Shown: piece by piece, positions 1 to 8,054 of the stretch | Layout of the letters: each line of letters begins with the position of its first letter | How positions within the stretch are numbered: position 1 is the first letter of the stretch | NCBI GenBank assembly: GCA_965202665.1 | Contig: OZ241841.1 | Location: 32,001 to 96,000 of the forward strand | Source of the DNA: Candidatus Spongiisociaceae bacterium | Lineage (GTDB): Bacteria > Actinomycetota > Acidimicrobiia > Spongiisociales > Spongiisociaceae | Direction: 5' to 3' | DNA: 64,000 nt | Position numbers and translations under genes: made by a program | Notes under the pieces: model-generated | What the model was told of the DNA's origin: nothing | Databases searched by the model: none | Seen by the model: the letters and a program-made list of their open reading frames with translations, nothing else

Positions 1-123
1 CCGGAGAAGCCCGTTTCGGCCCCTGACCAGGCATTTTAGCATCACCCAGGTGCCGGGCCGGGAGGCAGCGGCCGCCCGCCCCTGCGTTGGATGGGTGGCT
101 TCTCTTCGCCGAAAACGACCCTC

Positions 124-151
124 TTGAAAACGTCGCGGGAATTCGTATCTT
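124..151 (+). promoter_or_regulatory. Putative sigma70-type promoter for a leaderless darT-arh transcript
   Basis: TTGAAA (124-129), 16-bp spacer, TATCTT (146-151). The ATG at 159 lies 7 nt downstream with no Shine-Dalgarno. Confidence 0.55.
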
Positions 152-158
152 GTACCGT

Positions 159-797
159 ATGAGCAACTCATGCCCCGCCCATTCCATCGCGGACAGCCTG
201 CGCAGGCGGCGGATCCTCTACGTCTGCCATATGACCCCCTGCCATCGCCTGCCCTCCATATTCGCCTCCGGGGGGCTGCTCTCGCTGGCCGCCCGCCGGG
301 TGAGCGGCATCGCCGAACCGGAACAGCCGCACGACTGGGGCGGGGAAGGCAAACGGGAGGCCTTGGCCGGATACGTAGTGTGCGGTTTCGAAACCCCCAA
401 GTGGATGTGCCGCAAACACCCCGAAGAGCTGGCCCTCGTCCTCCTAGACGCCCACGCGGTGTGCTGCGGGGAAAGCGTCCTCTTCTGCCCCGGCAACTCC
501 GCCGACGACCGCTACCCCGCCTCCGATATCGCAAAGATGACCGGCGCAGAACATTTTGACGACTGCTTCAAAAATCGCCATGACCGAGAATCAAAGTTCG
601 GCGAGATATTGGTTCCGGGCCAGGTTCCGGTCGACCTTTTCCGCGGCCTGCTCTTCTGCGACCGGGAGGCGATGGACTACTGGATTCCCAAAATAGAAGG
701 CCTGTTTCCGCACCCGCCGCTTACTGCGGACGTCCGGTACCTTTGGGGATACGCGTTTCCGGTAGACTGGAGCCCCAGCGAAAGGATCCGCCCATGA
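159..797 (+). CDS. darT: DarT-family (DUF4433-like) nucleic-acid ADP-ribosyltransferase toxin
   Basis: Motif order matches DarT: YVCHMT..RLPSIFASGGLLS (cf. YHxTHxxNLxSILxxGLLS), K-R, YV, FCPGNSA (cf. FTxGNAA), GEILVPGQVP (cf. AExLVxxxVP, catalytic Glu). Start moved from TTG87 to ATG159 on promoter evidence. The stop overlaps the next ATG (ATGA). Confidence 0.75.
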   Translation: MSNSCPAHSIADSLRRRRILYVCHMTPCHRLPSIFASGGLLSLAARRVSGIAEPEQPHDWGGEGKREALAGYVVCGFETPKWMCRKHPEELALVLLDAHAVCCGESVLFCPGNSADDRYPASDIAKMTGAEHFDDCFKNRHDRESKFGEILVPGQVPVDLFRGLLFCDREAMDYWIPKIEGLFPHPPLTADVRYLWGYAFPVDWSPSERIRP

Positions 798-2209
798 CCT
801 CACAATACGATCTTTCCTCCTTGCCCGTCGACGGTCCGGACAGTTACGTGTTGCGTATGGACCGCGTGCTGATCGCGGCGGCGGCGGGGGACGCTTTGGG
901 ATGGATGACCGAATCCATCCGCGACGTTGAACAGTTGCGGAACCGGTTCAACACCGACTGGCTGACCTACTACCGAGACTGGAGCAAACCGGAAGGAGGC
1001 GCCCGGAGCTACATTGACCGAATCCGCCGGGGCGACTACTCCGATGACACGCAGCTGACTTTGGCCACCGCCCGGTCGCTACGGGGAGACGGCTCGCTGG
1101 ACGCCGGCTATTTCGCCCATTGGGAACTGCCCGCCTGGCTGGACTATGCACGGGGAGCGGGCTCGGCCACCCTGGCCGCCGCCCGGAACTTCCAACGTAA
1201 TTCGGTTCGCTGGAACCAAAACTTCTACACCTACACTCGCCGTCATCAGACTTTTGACTACCGGGACGCGGGGGGCAACGGTGCGGCGATGCGGGTTGCG
1301 CCCATCGCCTTGGCCAACCTGGCCGACCCGGATCTGATAACCGAGGGGGTGTGGCGCTCGGCGATCACCACCCACGGCCATCCGCGGGCGGTGTTGGGGG
1401 CTTTGCTCTACGCACACGCCTTGCAACTCTGCTTCATCGGCCAAAAGTCGCTTTCCAAATCGGATCTGGTCGAAGAGCTGGCCGGACGGTTGGAGCGAAC
1501 CGACCCGCCCCCGACTCCGGAGTTCGATGAATGGGTGGCCGTATGGAACCGGGGCGCAGACACATCTTTCGCCAACCTGATGGAAAAAGTCGCCCAGGAG
1601 ACGGCAGCCGACCTCATTCACTTGGCGGAGCTTTCCTCGGACGCAACGACCACCCGCCGTTTCATGGAAGCGCTGGGATGCTTCCGACCGGAGACGAAAG
1701 GCTCGGGAACGGGCACCGTTCTAGCCGCGTTGGCCATAGCGTTGCAGGAGCGGGACGACGTCCACCAGGCCATCCCTTGGACGATCAATCAGCTGGGTTC
1801 CGACACCGACACCATCGGTTCCTTCGTAGGAGGGTTGTGCGGAGCCATCTACGGAACGGATTTCGCCCAATCCGTCTGGTTCTACGAACTGCAGGATCAC
1901 GACGGGTTGTCAATGGCCGCCAACCGGATGGGGCGCATCGTCCGCCGGGAGGAGGCAGCGGAGCCTTGTCCCGCTTCAAACCAAACTCATTGGAAAGAAA
2001 ACCTCCCCAAAGCGCCGGACAGCATCCGTTCCGGTGTTCTGTCCGAAGGAGACTGGGTGTTTCATCACCTTTTCGGCCATGGCAAGATCGACGAAATTGA
2101 AACCCAACCTTTCAGAAACGACTCCGACGGCCAAGTTCGCTTAGTGCGCGCCGACTTCAACAACGGCCAAAGTTGCAAGTTCCGCAGTTTACAATCTCTT
2201 CAGATTTAA
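794..2209 (+). CDS. ADP-ribosylglycohydrolase (ARH) paralog 1 with C-terminal Tudor/SH3-like domain
   Basis: AAAGDALG, YSDDTQLT, GGNGAAMRVAP, TTHGHP and DTDTIG motifs intact. C-terminal GDWVFHHLFGHGKIDEIE...VRADF. ATG794 overlaps the darT stop. Confidence 0.9.
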   Translation: MTSQYDLSSLPVDGPDSYVLRMDRVLIAAAAGDALGWMTESIRDVEQLRNRFNTDWLTYYRDWSKPEGGARSYIDRIRRGDYSDDTQLTLATARSLRGDGSLDAGYFAHWELPAWLDYARGAGSATLAAARNFQRNSVRWNQNFYTYTRRHQTFDYRDAGGNGAAMRVAPIALANLADPDLITEGVWRSAITTHGHPRAVLGALLYAHALQLCFIGQKSLSKSDLVEELAGRLERTDPPPTPEFDEWVAVWNRGADTSFANLMEKVAQETAADLIHLAELSSDATTTRRFMEALGCFRPETKGSGTGTVLAALAIALQERDDVHQAIPWTINQLGSDTDTIGSFVGGLCGAIYGTDFAQSVWFYELQDHDGLSMAANRMGRIVRREEAAEPCPASNQTHWKENLPKAPDSIRSGVLSEGDWVFHHLFGHGKIDEIETQPFRNDSDGQVRLVRADFNNGQSCKFRSLQSLQI

Positions 2210-2289
2210 TGGAGGAGTAGGGGGTTAGGACCGCGGCACTGGACCGGAGTGGCGGCCCGCCCCGTCGCCGAGGCTGGCACCGCGTCGAA

Positions 2290-2409
2290 TGGATGATGTC
2301 TTTTTTGCCGAAAACAGCCCTCGGCCAGCCGATCACGGTCACAACCCGGGGACTGTGGGATTTCGGATTTCCGCTAAACTGGCTTCCCAATGAAAGGGCA
2401 CGGCTATGA
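2290..2409 (+). pseudogene. Remnant of a second darT copy: upstream flank fused to the last ~24 codons
   Basis: 2326-2409 reads QPITVTTRGLWDFGFPLNWLPNERARL*, aligning with the darT C-terminus PPLTADVRYLWGYAFPVDWSPSERIRP*, with the same ATGA overlap into the next ARH. 2290-2322 resembles 88-123 upstream of darT. Confidence 0.75.
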
Positions 2410-3833
2410 CCTCGCAATTTGATATCTCCTCGTTGCCCGACGGGGGTCCGGACGGCTTTTACTATCGTTTGGACTGCGTACTGATGGCGGCCGCGGCGGG
2501 TGATGCGCTGGGGTGGATGACCGAATCGGTCCGCGACGTTGAACAGTTGCGTAACCGGTTCGGCACCGACTGGCTGACCTACTACAGGGACTGGAGCAAG
2601 CCGGAGGGAGGCCGACGCGGATACATGGACCGCATCCGCCGGGGCGACTATTCGGACGATACGCAACTGACGTTGGCCACCGCACGGTCGTTGCGCGGGG
2701 ACGGATCGCTGGACGCCGAACATTTCGCCTACCGGGAGTTGCCCGCTTGGTTGGACTACGCGAGAGGAGCCGGGGCGGCCACGCGAGCCGCCGCCCGGGC
2801 CTTTCGGAAACAGTCGGTACGCTGGAACAAAAACTTCTACACCTATACCCGCCGTCACCAAACCTGCGATTACCGGGATGCGGGGGGCAATGGGGTAGCG
2901 ATGCGGGTTGCGCCCATCGCTTTGGCCAACTTGGCCGACCCGGATCTGATAACCGAGGGGGTGTGGCGTTCTGCCATCACCACCCACGGCCACCCGCGGG
3001 CGGTAGCGGGGGCACTGCTCTACGCCCACGCCCTGCGCCTGTGTTTCATGCGCCGCCGTTCTTTGACCAGATCCTATTTGGCCGGGAACCTGACGGAGCT
3101 GTTGGAGGGCGCCGCCCCTCCCGCCGTCCCGGAGTTCGATGAATGGCTGGCCATATGGAACCGGCGAGCCGACACGACCTTCGGCAACCTGCTGGAAAAA
3201 GTAGCGGGAGAAGCGGCCGCCGACCTCGCCCACTTAGCGGAACTGCCCGCTGATGACGAGCGGTCCACCCGCCGTTACATGGAGGTTCTGGGATGTTTCC
3301 GCCCCGAAACGAAAGGTTCGGGAACCGGCACCGTCCTCGCCGCCCTCGCCATAGCAACCGAAGAAAGGGACGACATCCAGCAGGCACTCCCTTGGACCAT
3401 CAACCAACTGGGTTCCGACACCGACACCATCGGCTCCTTCGTAGGAGGACTATGCGGAGCCGTCCATGGGGTGGACTTTGCGCAAAGCATTTGGTTCTAC
3501 GAACTGCAGGACCATGATGGGATATCGCATGCGTCGCGATGCATAGGACATATAGCCAACCGCCTCCATCCATTCCAAACCGTTTCCGTTCCCCCGCGCA
3601 ACGGAGCCAAAGGCCAACCCCCCTTGTTGACGGAGCGCATAAAAGCGGAGGACCTTGCCGAAGGCCAATGGGTTTTTCACTCCATCTTCCGCGAAGGAAA
3701 AATAGAAAAAATAGAAACCCGCCCCCTGCGCAACCAACCGGACCGCCAAGTCCGACTAGTCCGCGTGTGCTTCGAAAACGGCCAAAGTTGCAAGTTCCGC
3801 AGTTTCGTTCCATCCGGCATTAGCTCGCGCTGA
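2406..3833 (+). CDS. ARH paralog 2 with C-terminal Tudor/SH3-like domain
   Basis: Same ARH motifs, with long stretches identical to paralog 1. C-terminal GQWVFHSIFREGKIEKIE...VRVCF. Confidence 0.9.
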   Translation: MTSQFDISSLPDGGPDGFYYRLDCVLMAAAAGDALGWMTESVRDVEQLRNRFGTDWLTYYRDWSKPEGGRRGYMDRIRRGDYSDDTQLTLATARSLRGDGSLDAEHFAYRELPAWLDYARGAGAATRAAARAFRKQSVRWNKNFYTYTRRHQTCDYRDAGGNGVAMRVAPIALANLADPDLITEGVWRSAITTHGHPRAVAGALLYAHALRLCFMRRRSLTRSYLAGNLTELLEGAAPPAVPEFDEWLAIWNRRADTTFGNLLEKVAGEAAADLAHLAELPADDERSTRRYMEVLGCFRPETKGSGTGTVLAALAIATEERDDIQQALPWTINQLGSDTDTIGSFVGGLCGAVHGVDFAQSIWFYELQDHDGISHASRCIGHIANRLHPFQTVSVPPRNGAKGQPPLLTERIKAEDLAEGQWVFHSIFREGKIEKIETRPLRNQPDRQVRLVRVCFENGQSCKFRSFVPSGISSR

Positions 3834-5206
3834 TGACATCGGAGCGGATTTCCGAGCACTTGGAAAGCGCGCTGTTCGCCAACGCCTGCGGGGACGCGCT
3901 GGGGTGGATTACGGAAATGAATCAAGACCCCTCCAGGTTGTGGCGGATCATTGGCTCCAGCTGGCTAACCGACTTTGCGGACTGGTCGAAATCCGCTGGC
4001 GCGGGCGGCGGGATCAGGTACGTGGACATGGTGCGCGCAGGTGAATATTCCGACGACACGCAGTTGACTTTGGCCATCTTCCGTTCTTTGCGGGGCGACG
4101 GCTCCTTCGATGGCGACCATTTCACCGGCCGGGAGCTGGCGAAGTATCTGGATTACGCACGCGGGGCCGGGGCGGCCACGGTAGGGGCTTGCCTGGCCTG
4201 CCGGAGACGGCCGACTAGGTGGAATGACAACTTTTTCACCTACGGATACCGCGGCCGGCGGGATTACCGGAGCGGAGGCGGCAACGGGGCGGCGATGAGA
4301 GTGTCGCCGGTCGCTTTGGCGAACTTGCGCAACCCGGAGCAACTGGAGGACGGCGTGTGGCGGTCGTCGGTGGCGACGCACGGCCATCCCACCGCCGTCT
4401 TGGGTTCCCTGCTCTTCGCCCACGCCCTGCGCCTGTGCCTGGAAAGACGAGAGCCCGTGCCGCGCTCCGAACTGGTCGGAGAGTTGATTCCGGTTATCGC
4501 CGGGGCCGCTCCTCCGCCGACCCCGGAGTTTGAACATTGGGTGGACGTTTGGAACCGGTCTTACGATCTGGTCTGGGACGAACTCCCTTTTGAGGAACTG
4601 TTGGATAAGCGAGCCGGTGAAGTGGTCGGTCAACTGGAACAGCTGGCGGAGATTCCTTCTGAACCGGAGGCCACCCGCGCCTTTATGGAGGACGTGGGCT
4701 GTTTCAGCGGGGGAACCTTCGGCTCCGGAACCGGCACCACTTTGGCGGCCCTGGCTATCTACCTGCAAGACCGGAACGATCCCCGGTCGGCCATCCCATG
4801 GGCAGTCAACCAGCTGGGTTCCGACACGGACAGCATCGCCGGGTTCGTGGGAGGAATGTGCGGAGCGTCTTACGGCCGGGAGGCCATCCCGTCTCACTGG
4901 TTCCACCAGGTGCAGGACTCCCAGTACCTGGCCTATGCGGCCCGTTGCCTGGAGGGGGTAATCAACGGCCGTACCAACGCCGGCGACAATTTCCTTCCCG
5001 AACCAACGGATGAGGACGCCCTCCTGCCGCAACTGCCCGAATGTTTGGAATCACACGATCTCGGCGCGGGAGACCGGGTTTTCCACCCCATTTTGGGAAC
5101 CGGGGAAATAGAAGATGTAGAAACCCAATACGACAATCGCGTCCGTCTTACCAGAGTAACCTTCGATCAAGGCCAAAGCTGCAAATTCAAATACGTGCTT
5201 CCCTAA
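3833..5206 (+). CDS. ARH paralog 3 (more divergent) with C-terminal Tudor/SH3-like domain
   Basis: GDALG, YSDDTQLT, GGNGAAMRVSP, ATHGHP, DTDSIAG. C-terminal GDRVFHPILGTGEIEDVE...TRVTF. TGATG coupling to paralog 2. Confidence 0.9.
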   Translation: MTSERISEHLESALFANACGDALGWITEMNQDPSRLWRIIGSSWLTDFADWSKSAGAGGGIRYVDMVRAGEYSDDTQLTLAIFRSLRGDGSFDGDHFTGRELAKYLDYARGAGAATVGACLACRRRPTRWNDNFFTYGYRGRRDYRSGGGNGAAMRVSPVALANLRNPEQLEDGVWRSSVATHGHPTAVLGSLLFAHALRLCLERREPVPRSELVGELIPVIAGAAPPPTPEFEHWVDVWNRSYDLVWDELPFEELLDKRAGEVVGQLEQLAEIPSEPEATRAFMEDVGCFSGGTFGSGTGTTLAALAIYLQDRNDPRSAIPWAVNQLGSDTDSIAGFVGGMCGASYGREAIPSHWFHQVQDSQYLAYAARCLEGVINGRTNAGDNFLPEPTDEDALLPQLPECLESHDLGAGDRVFHPILGTGEIEDVETQYDNRVRLTRVTFDQGQSCKFKYVLP

Positions 5207-5210
5207 AGGT

Positions 5211-8054
5211 TCAGGCTCCAGCATCCAGGCGGGCAATCAGTCGGGGAACGTCCTGCTCAAATACCAGTCCGAAGTTTTCCCATTTGCCCCAGCGACCGTC
5301 CTTGTTGACCGCTTTTAGCCACAAATTCAGATACTGCTGCTTCGCGCTCGCCTCCGCCTCGGTCGCTCCTTTCGTCTCCACAATCAAATTCGTTTCGTCT
5401 TCCCTTAGGCAAGACCTTTCTCCCGCCGGACGCAGGCGAACTACGAAATCCGGATAGTAAGGCACTGACCGCCCTTCGAACACATAATCCACCTTGAAAC
5501 CGATGTGCTCGCGGTCATTTTTAACCCAACCCGCAACGTTTCTATGGCCGGAGAAAATCCTTCCCGCATGCTTTTCCAAACCGGAGTCGTATACGCCGAC
5601 ATTCAGGTGAGTGCGTCCCACGTTGCCGTCTATCAATTCAGGACGGCGACGGGTCACCCATGGACGCATTTCCCTGGTAGATAAAACAGGGCGGTGGGGG
5701 TTTTCGTAGACCCCTTCCATCATATGATATTCTTCCTGAAATAGATGGGGGCGAAGGTGTCGCACTATCTGTCCCAGCCCGGCCTTGATAACCATCTTTT
5801 CAGAAACGCCGTTGCCCACTATTTGCAACATCTCAGGGTTTTTCACAAACTCCAGCATCACCATGGCCAGCTGGCCCCACATGGCGGCACCGCCGTCCGG
5901 CCATCCCTCCCGGCTCCGGTAAAACACCCGGGCCGCATCGAAGGCCAAAGTTTGCAACCGTATCTCCTCCAGTTTGTCGCGTAGCACCGTCTCATCGGGT
6001 TCGGCGGTAACGTACTCCAATGTTTTAGCCATTCCCGCTTCGGTAAAAACCTCATCCGCCCGCAACAGAAGGGGCTCTACATCTTCCCAGTCTATTTTGA
6101 GTGTCTGACGAGGCATGGTTTCCACTCGCAACAGAGCGGGCCAGGCGACCTCGAACTTGCGGTTTTTCTCCACGGTGTATACGTCCACCGGTGGATGCGT
6201 AATCCTCTCACGGGCGGTGGACGTCTCCTTTTCGGCTAGCAACAAGGTGAATGGAACTCCGAAAATGCGCACATATTCGGGTTCAAAGGATCCGTCTGCG
6301 TTCAACTCGTAGGAAGTGCGGCGCAAACCGCGTCCGATTACCTGCTCGCATAAGAGTTGGCTTGTGAAAGCCCTCAACCCCATAATGTGCGTGACCGTTT
6401 TGGCATCCCACCCTTCGGAAATCATATTCACGGCGATGACATGCCTGATTTGCCCGCCGGGGGAACCTTCCACCCCCACGGTTTTGGCAATTTCCCGTAG
6501 CCGCTCCGCCTGTTCCCCCGCTTTACCGGCAACCCGCTCCCCGGCCTCTAATTTTTTCACCGCCTTGATGGTCGTACTGTCATAGTGGAGCGTGGTTTCC
6601 TTATCGATCAATTCGTCATTAACCAGCTTCAAATCAACAAATAGCCTTTTCACACGCTCCGCCGTCTCCGTTCTGTTGCAGATGCTGACCATAACCGGCG
6701 GAACCGATGAACTCTGCTCTCCCCATTCCTTGAGCGTGTCCGACCATGATCCGGCCAGCAGTTGGTATGCCGACACCACGAGCGGTGGCAAGGGCTCTCC
6801 TATCATATTTTTCCCGCCGCGTAAGTTTTCTTTGACGCCTTCTTCTTCATATAGATGAAACAGTTTGCTGCGCCTCTCCTCCCCTCCTGCTTCCAATCCA
6901 GGGAGCGGTTCGTCGTCCGGCGTGGTCAGGTTATCCTCGGCGGCGATACGCGGCGTCTTTACCAGCCCTGATTCGATTGCGTCGGATAAGCCGAAGTCGG
7001 ACACCACCCATGGGAACAGCCGCTCCTCCCGTTGCGTTTTCTTCCCAGGAGGAGGAAACGGGGTGGCGGTGAAATCGTAGCAACGAACAAGTTTTCCCAT
7101 CTTGTGGAGCCTGTCCAAACCCTGAATCCACACCGTGGCCGTTTCTCGATCCTCTTTTTTGTACTCGGTGAGTTTGGCATTCGACGGCACCCGCCAGGCG
7201 TGATGAGCCTCGTCGTTGAACACCAGAAACGGCTCCGTCAAATCCAGCATGCGGTTGAAAACCCGAGTTGCGAAGGCGCGATCCGTTTCCGGATCCAGTT
7301 TTACGACGCCCCGGCCCGACTCGGTTTGCGGGGCCAGTTTATGCCAGTTGGTTATCAGCAACTTCACCCGATTGAGTTTCTGCCGGAAACCGCCGCCGGG
7401 CGGCACCAGGGCAAAAAGGTCGTAATAATTGTCAGTATGGGAGGGTAGCAAAACCTGTAACCGATCCCGTACCGTAAGATTGGGCGCCAGAATCAGAAAA
7501 TTCTTCACCCAGCCGCGCTCTCTACGTCGCGCTTTATCGGCCCCGGCATAGTTCAAAGATTGCCAGGCAATCAACATTGCCATCAGCACCGTTTTGCCGG
7601 TTCCGGTGGCCATCTTGGCGCACCATCTTTCCAGCGAACCCCCATCTCCGGTAATCCGTTGCGCAACACTCCGGCCGGTGGCGTCTTCTGTGAGAAAAAT
7701 GATAGTCTCGGCCGCTTCCAGTTGCGCGTAAAACAACTTGTGTTCCCGCTCAGGATTTTCCCAATGTTCCAACAGCCGTCTAGTAATAGAGGTAAGACCG
7801 GGACGGCCTCGGCTTCGCCAGCGGATAAGGGCCTCCCTAATGTCATTAACCAACTGCAGAGGCTCTTCTATAAAATCGCCACTTCGAGGTTCGCGCAACT
7901 GGTAGGTGGCGTATCGCCGATGATGCACCAGTTCGAACTCTTTGGTCTCCCGGTTGAGTTTCCAATGCTTATCCGGACAGCTGAACGGCCTGTTGATAAT
8001 CAAATCTCCATCCACCCCCAACACCGTTCTGTCCATGGTATCAGTACCCATCAC
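5211..8054 (-). CDS. res: Type III restriction endonuclease subunit (SF2 helicase + PD-(D/E)xK nuclease)
   Basis: KMATGTGKT Walker A, DEAHH, EGWD, EQVIGRGLR, C-terminal YPDF...IVETKG. Coupled to mod. Confidence 0.9.
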   Translation of the reverse strand: MMGTDTMDRTVLGVDGDLIINRPFSCPDKHWKLNRETKEFELVHHRRYATYQLREPRSGDFIEEPLQLVNDIREALIRWRSRGRPGLTSITRRLLEHWENPEREHKLFYAQLEAAETIIFLTEDATGRSVAQRITGDGGSLERWCAKMATGTGKTVLMAMLIAWQSLNYAGADKARRRERGWVKNFLILAPNLTVRDRLQVLLPSHTDNYYDLFALVPPGGGFRQKLNRVKLLITNWHKLAPQTESGRGVVKLDPETDRAFATRVFNRMLDLTEPFLVFNDEAHHAWRVPSNAKLTEYKKEDRETATVWIQGLDRLHKMGKLVRCYDFTATPFPPPGKKTQREERLFPWVVSDFGLSDAIESGLVKTPRIAAEDNLTTPDDEPLPGLEAGGEERRSKLFHLYEEEGVKENLRGGKNMIGEPLPPLVVSAYQLLAGSWSDTLKEWGEQSSSVPPVMVSICNRTETAERVKRLFVDLKLVNDELIDKETTLHYDSTTIKAVKKLEAGERVAGKAGEQAERLREIAKTVGVEGSPGGQIRHVIAVNMISEGWDAKTVTHIMGLRAFTSQLLCEQVIGRGLRRTSYELNADGSFEPEYVRIFGVPFTLLLAEKETSTARERITHPPVDVYTVEKNRKFEVAWPALLRVETMPRQTLKIDWEDVEPLLLRADEVFTEAGMAKTLEYVTAEPDETVLRDKLEEIRLQTLAFDAARVFYRSREGWPDGGAAMWGQLAMVMLEFVKNPEMLQIVGNGVSEKMVIKAGLGQIVRHLRPHLFQEEYHMMEGVYENPHRPVLSTREMRPWVTRRRPELIDGNVGRTHLNVGVYDSGLEKHAGRIFSGHRNVAGWVKNDREHIGFKVDYVFEGRSVPYYPDFVVRLRPAGERSCLREDETNLIVETKGATEAEASAKQQYLNLWLKAVNKDGRWGKWENFGLVFEQDVPRLIARLDAGA

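Noticed and set aside
1-40. Minus-strand GGGGCCGAAACGG after TAAAAT, resembling a tmRNA/tRNA 5' end
   Set aside because: It continues GCTTCTCC instead of the conserved TTTCGAC and is cut by the window edge, so it cannot be supported.
87-158. N-terminal extension of darT from TTG87
   Set aside because: A promoter-like -35/-10 lies within it, and DarT similarity starts after ATG159.
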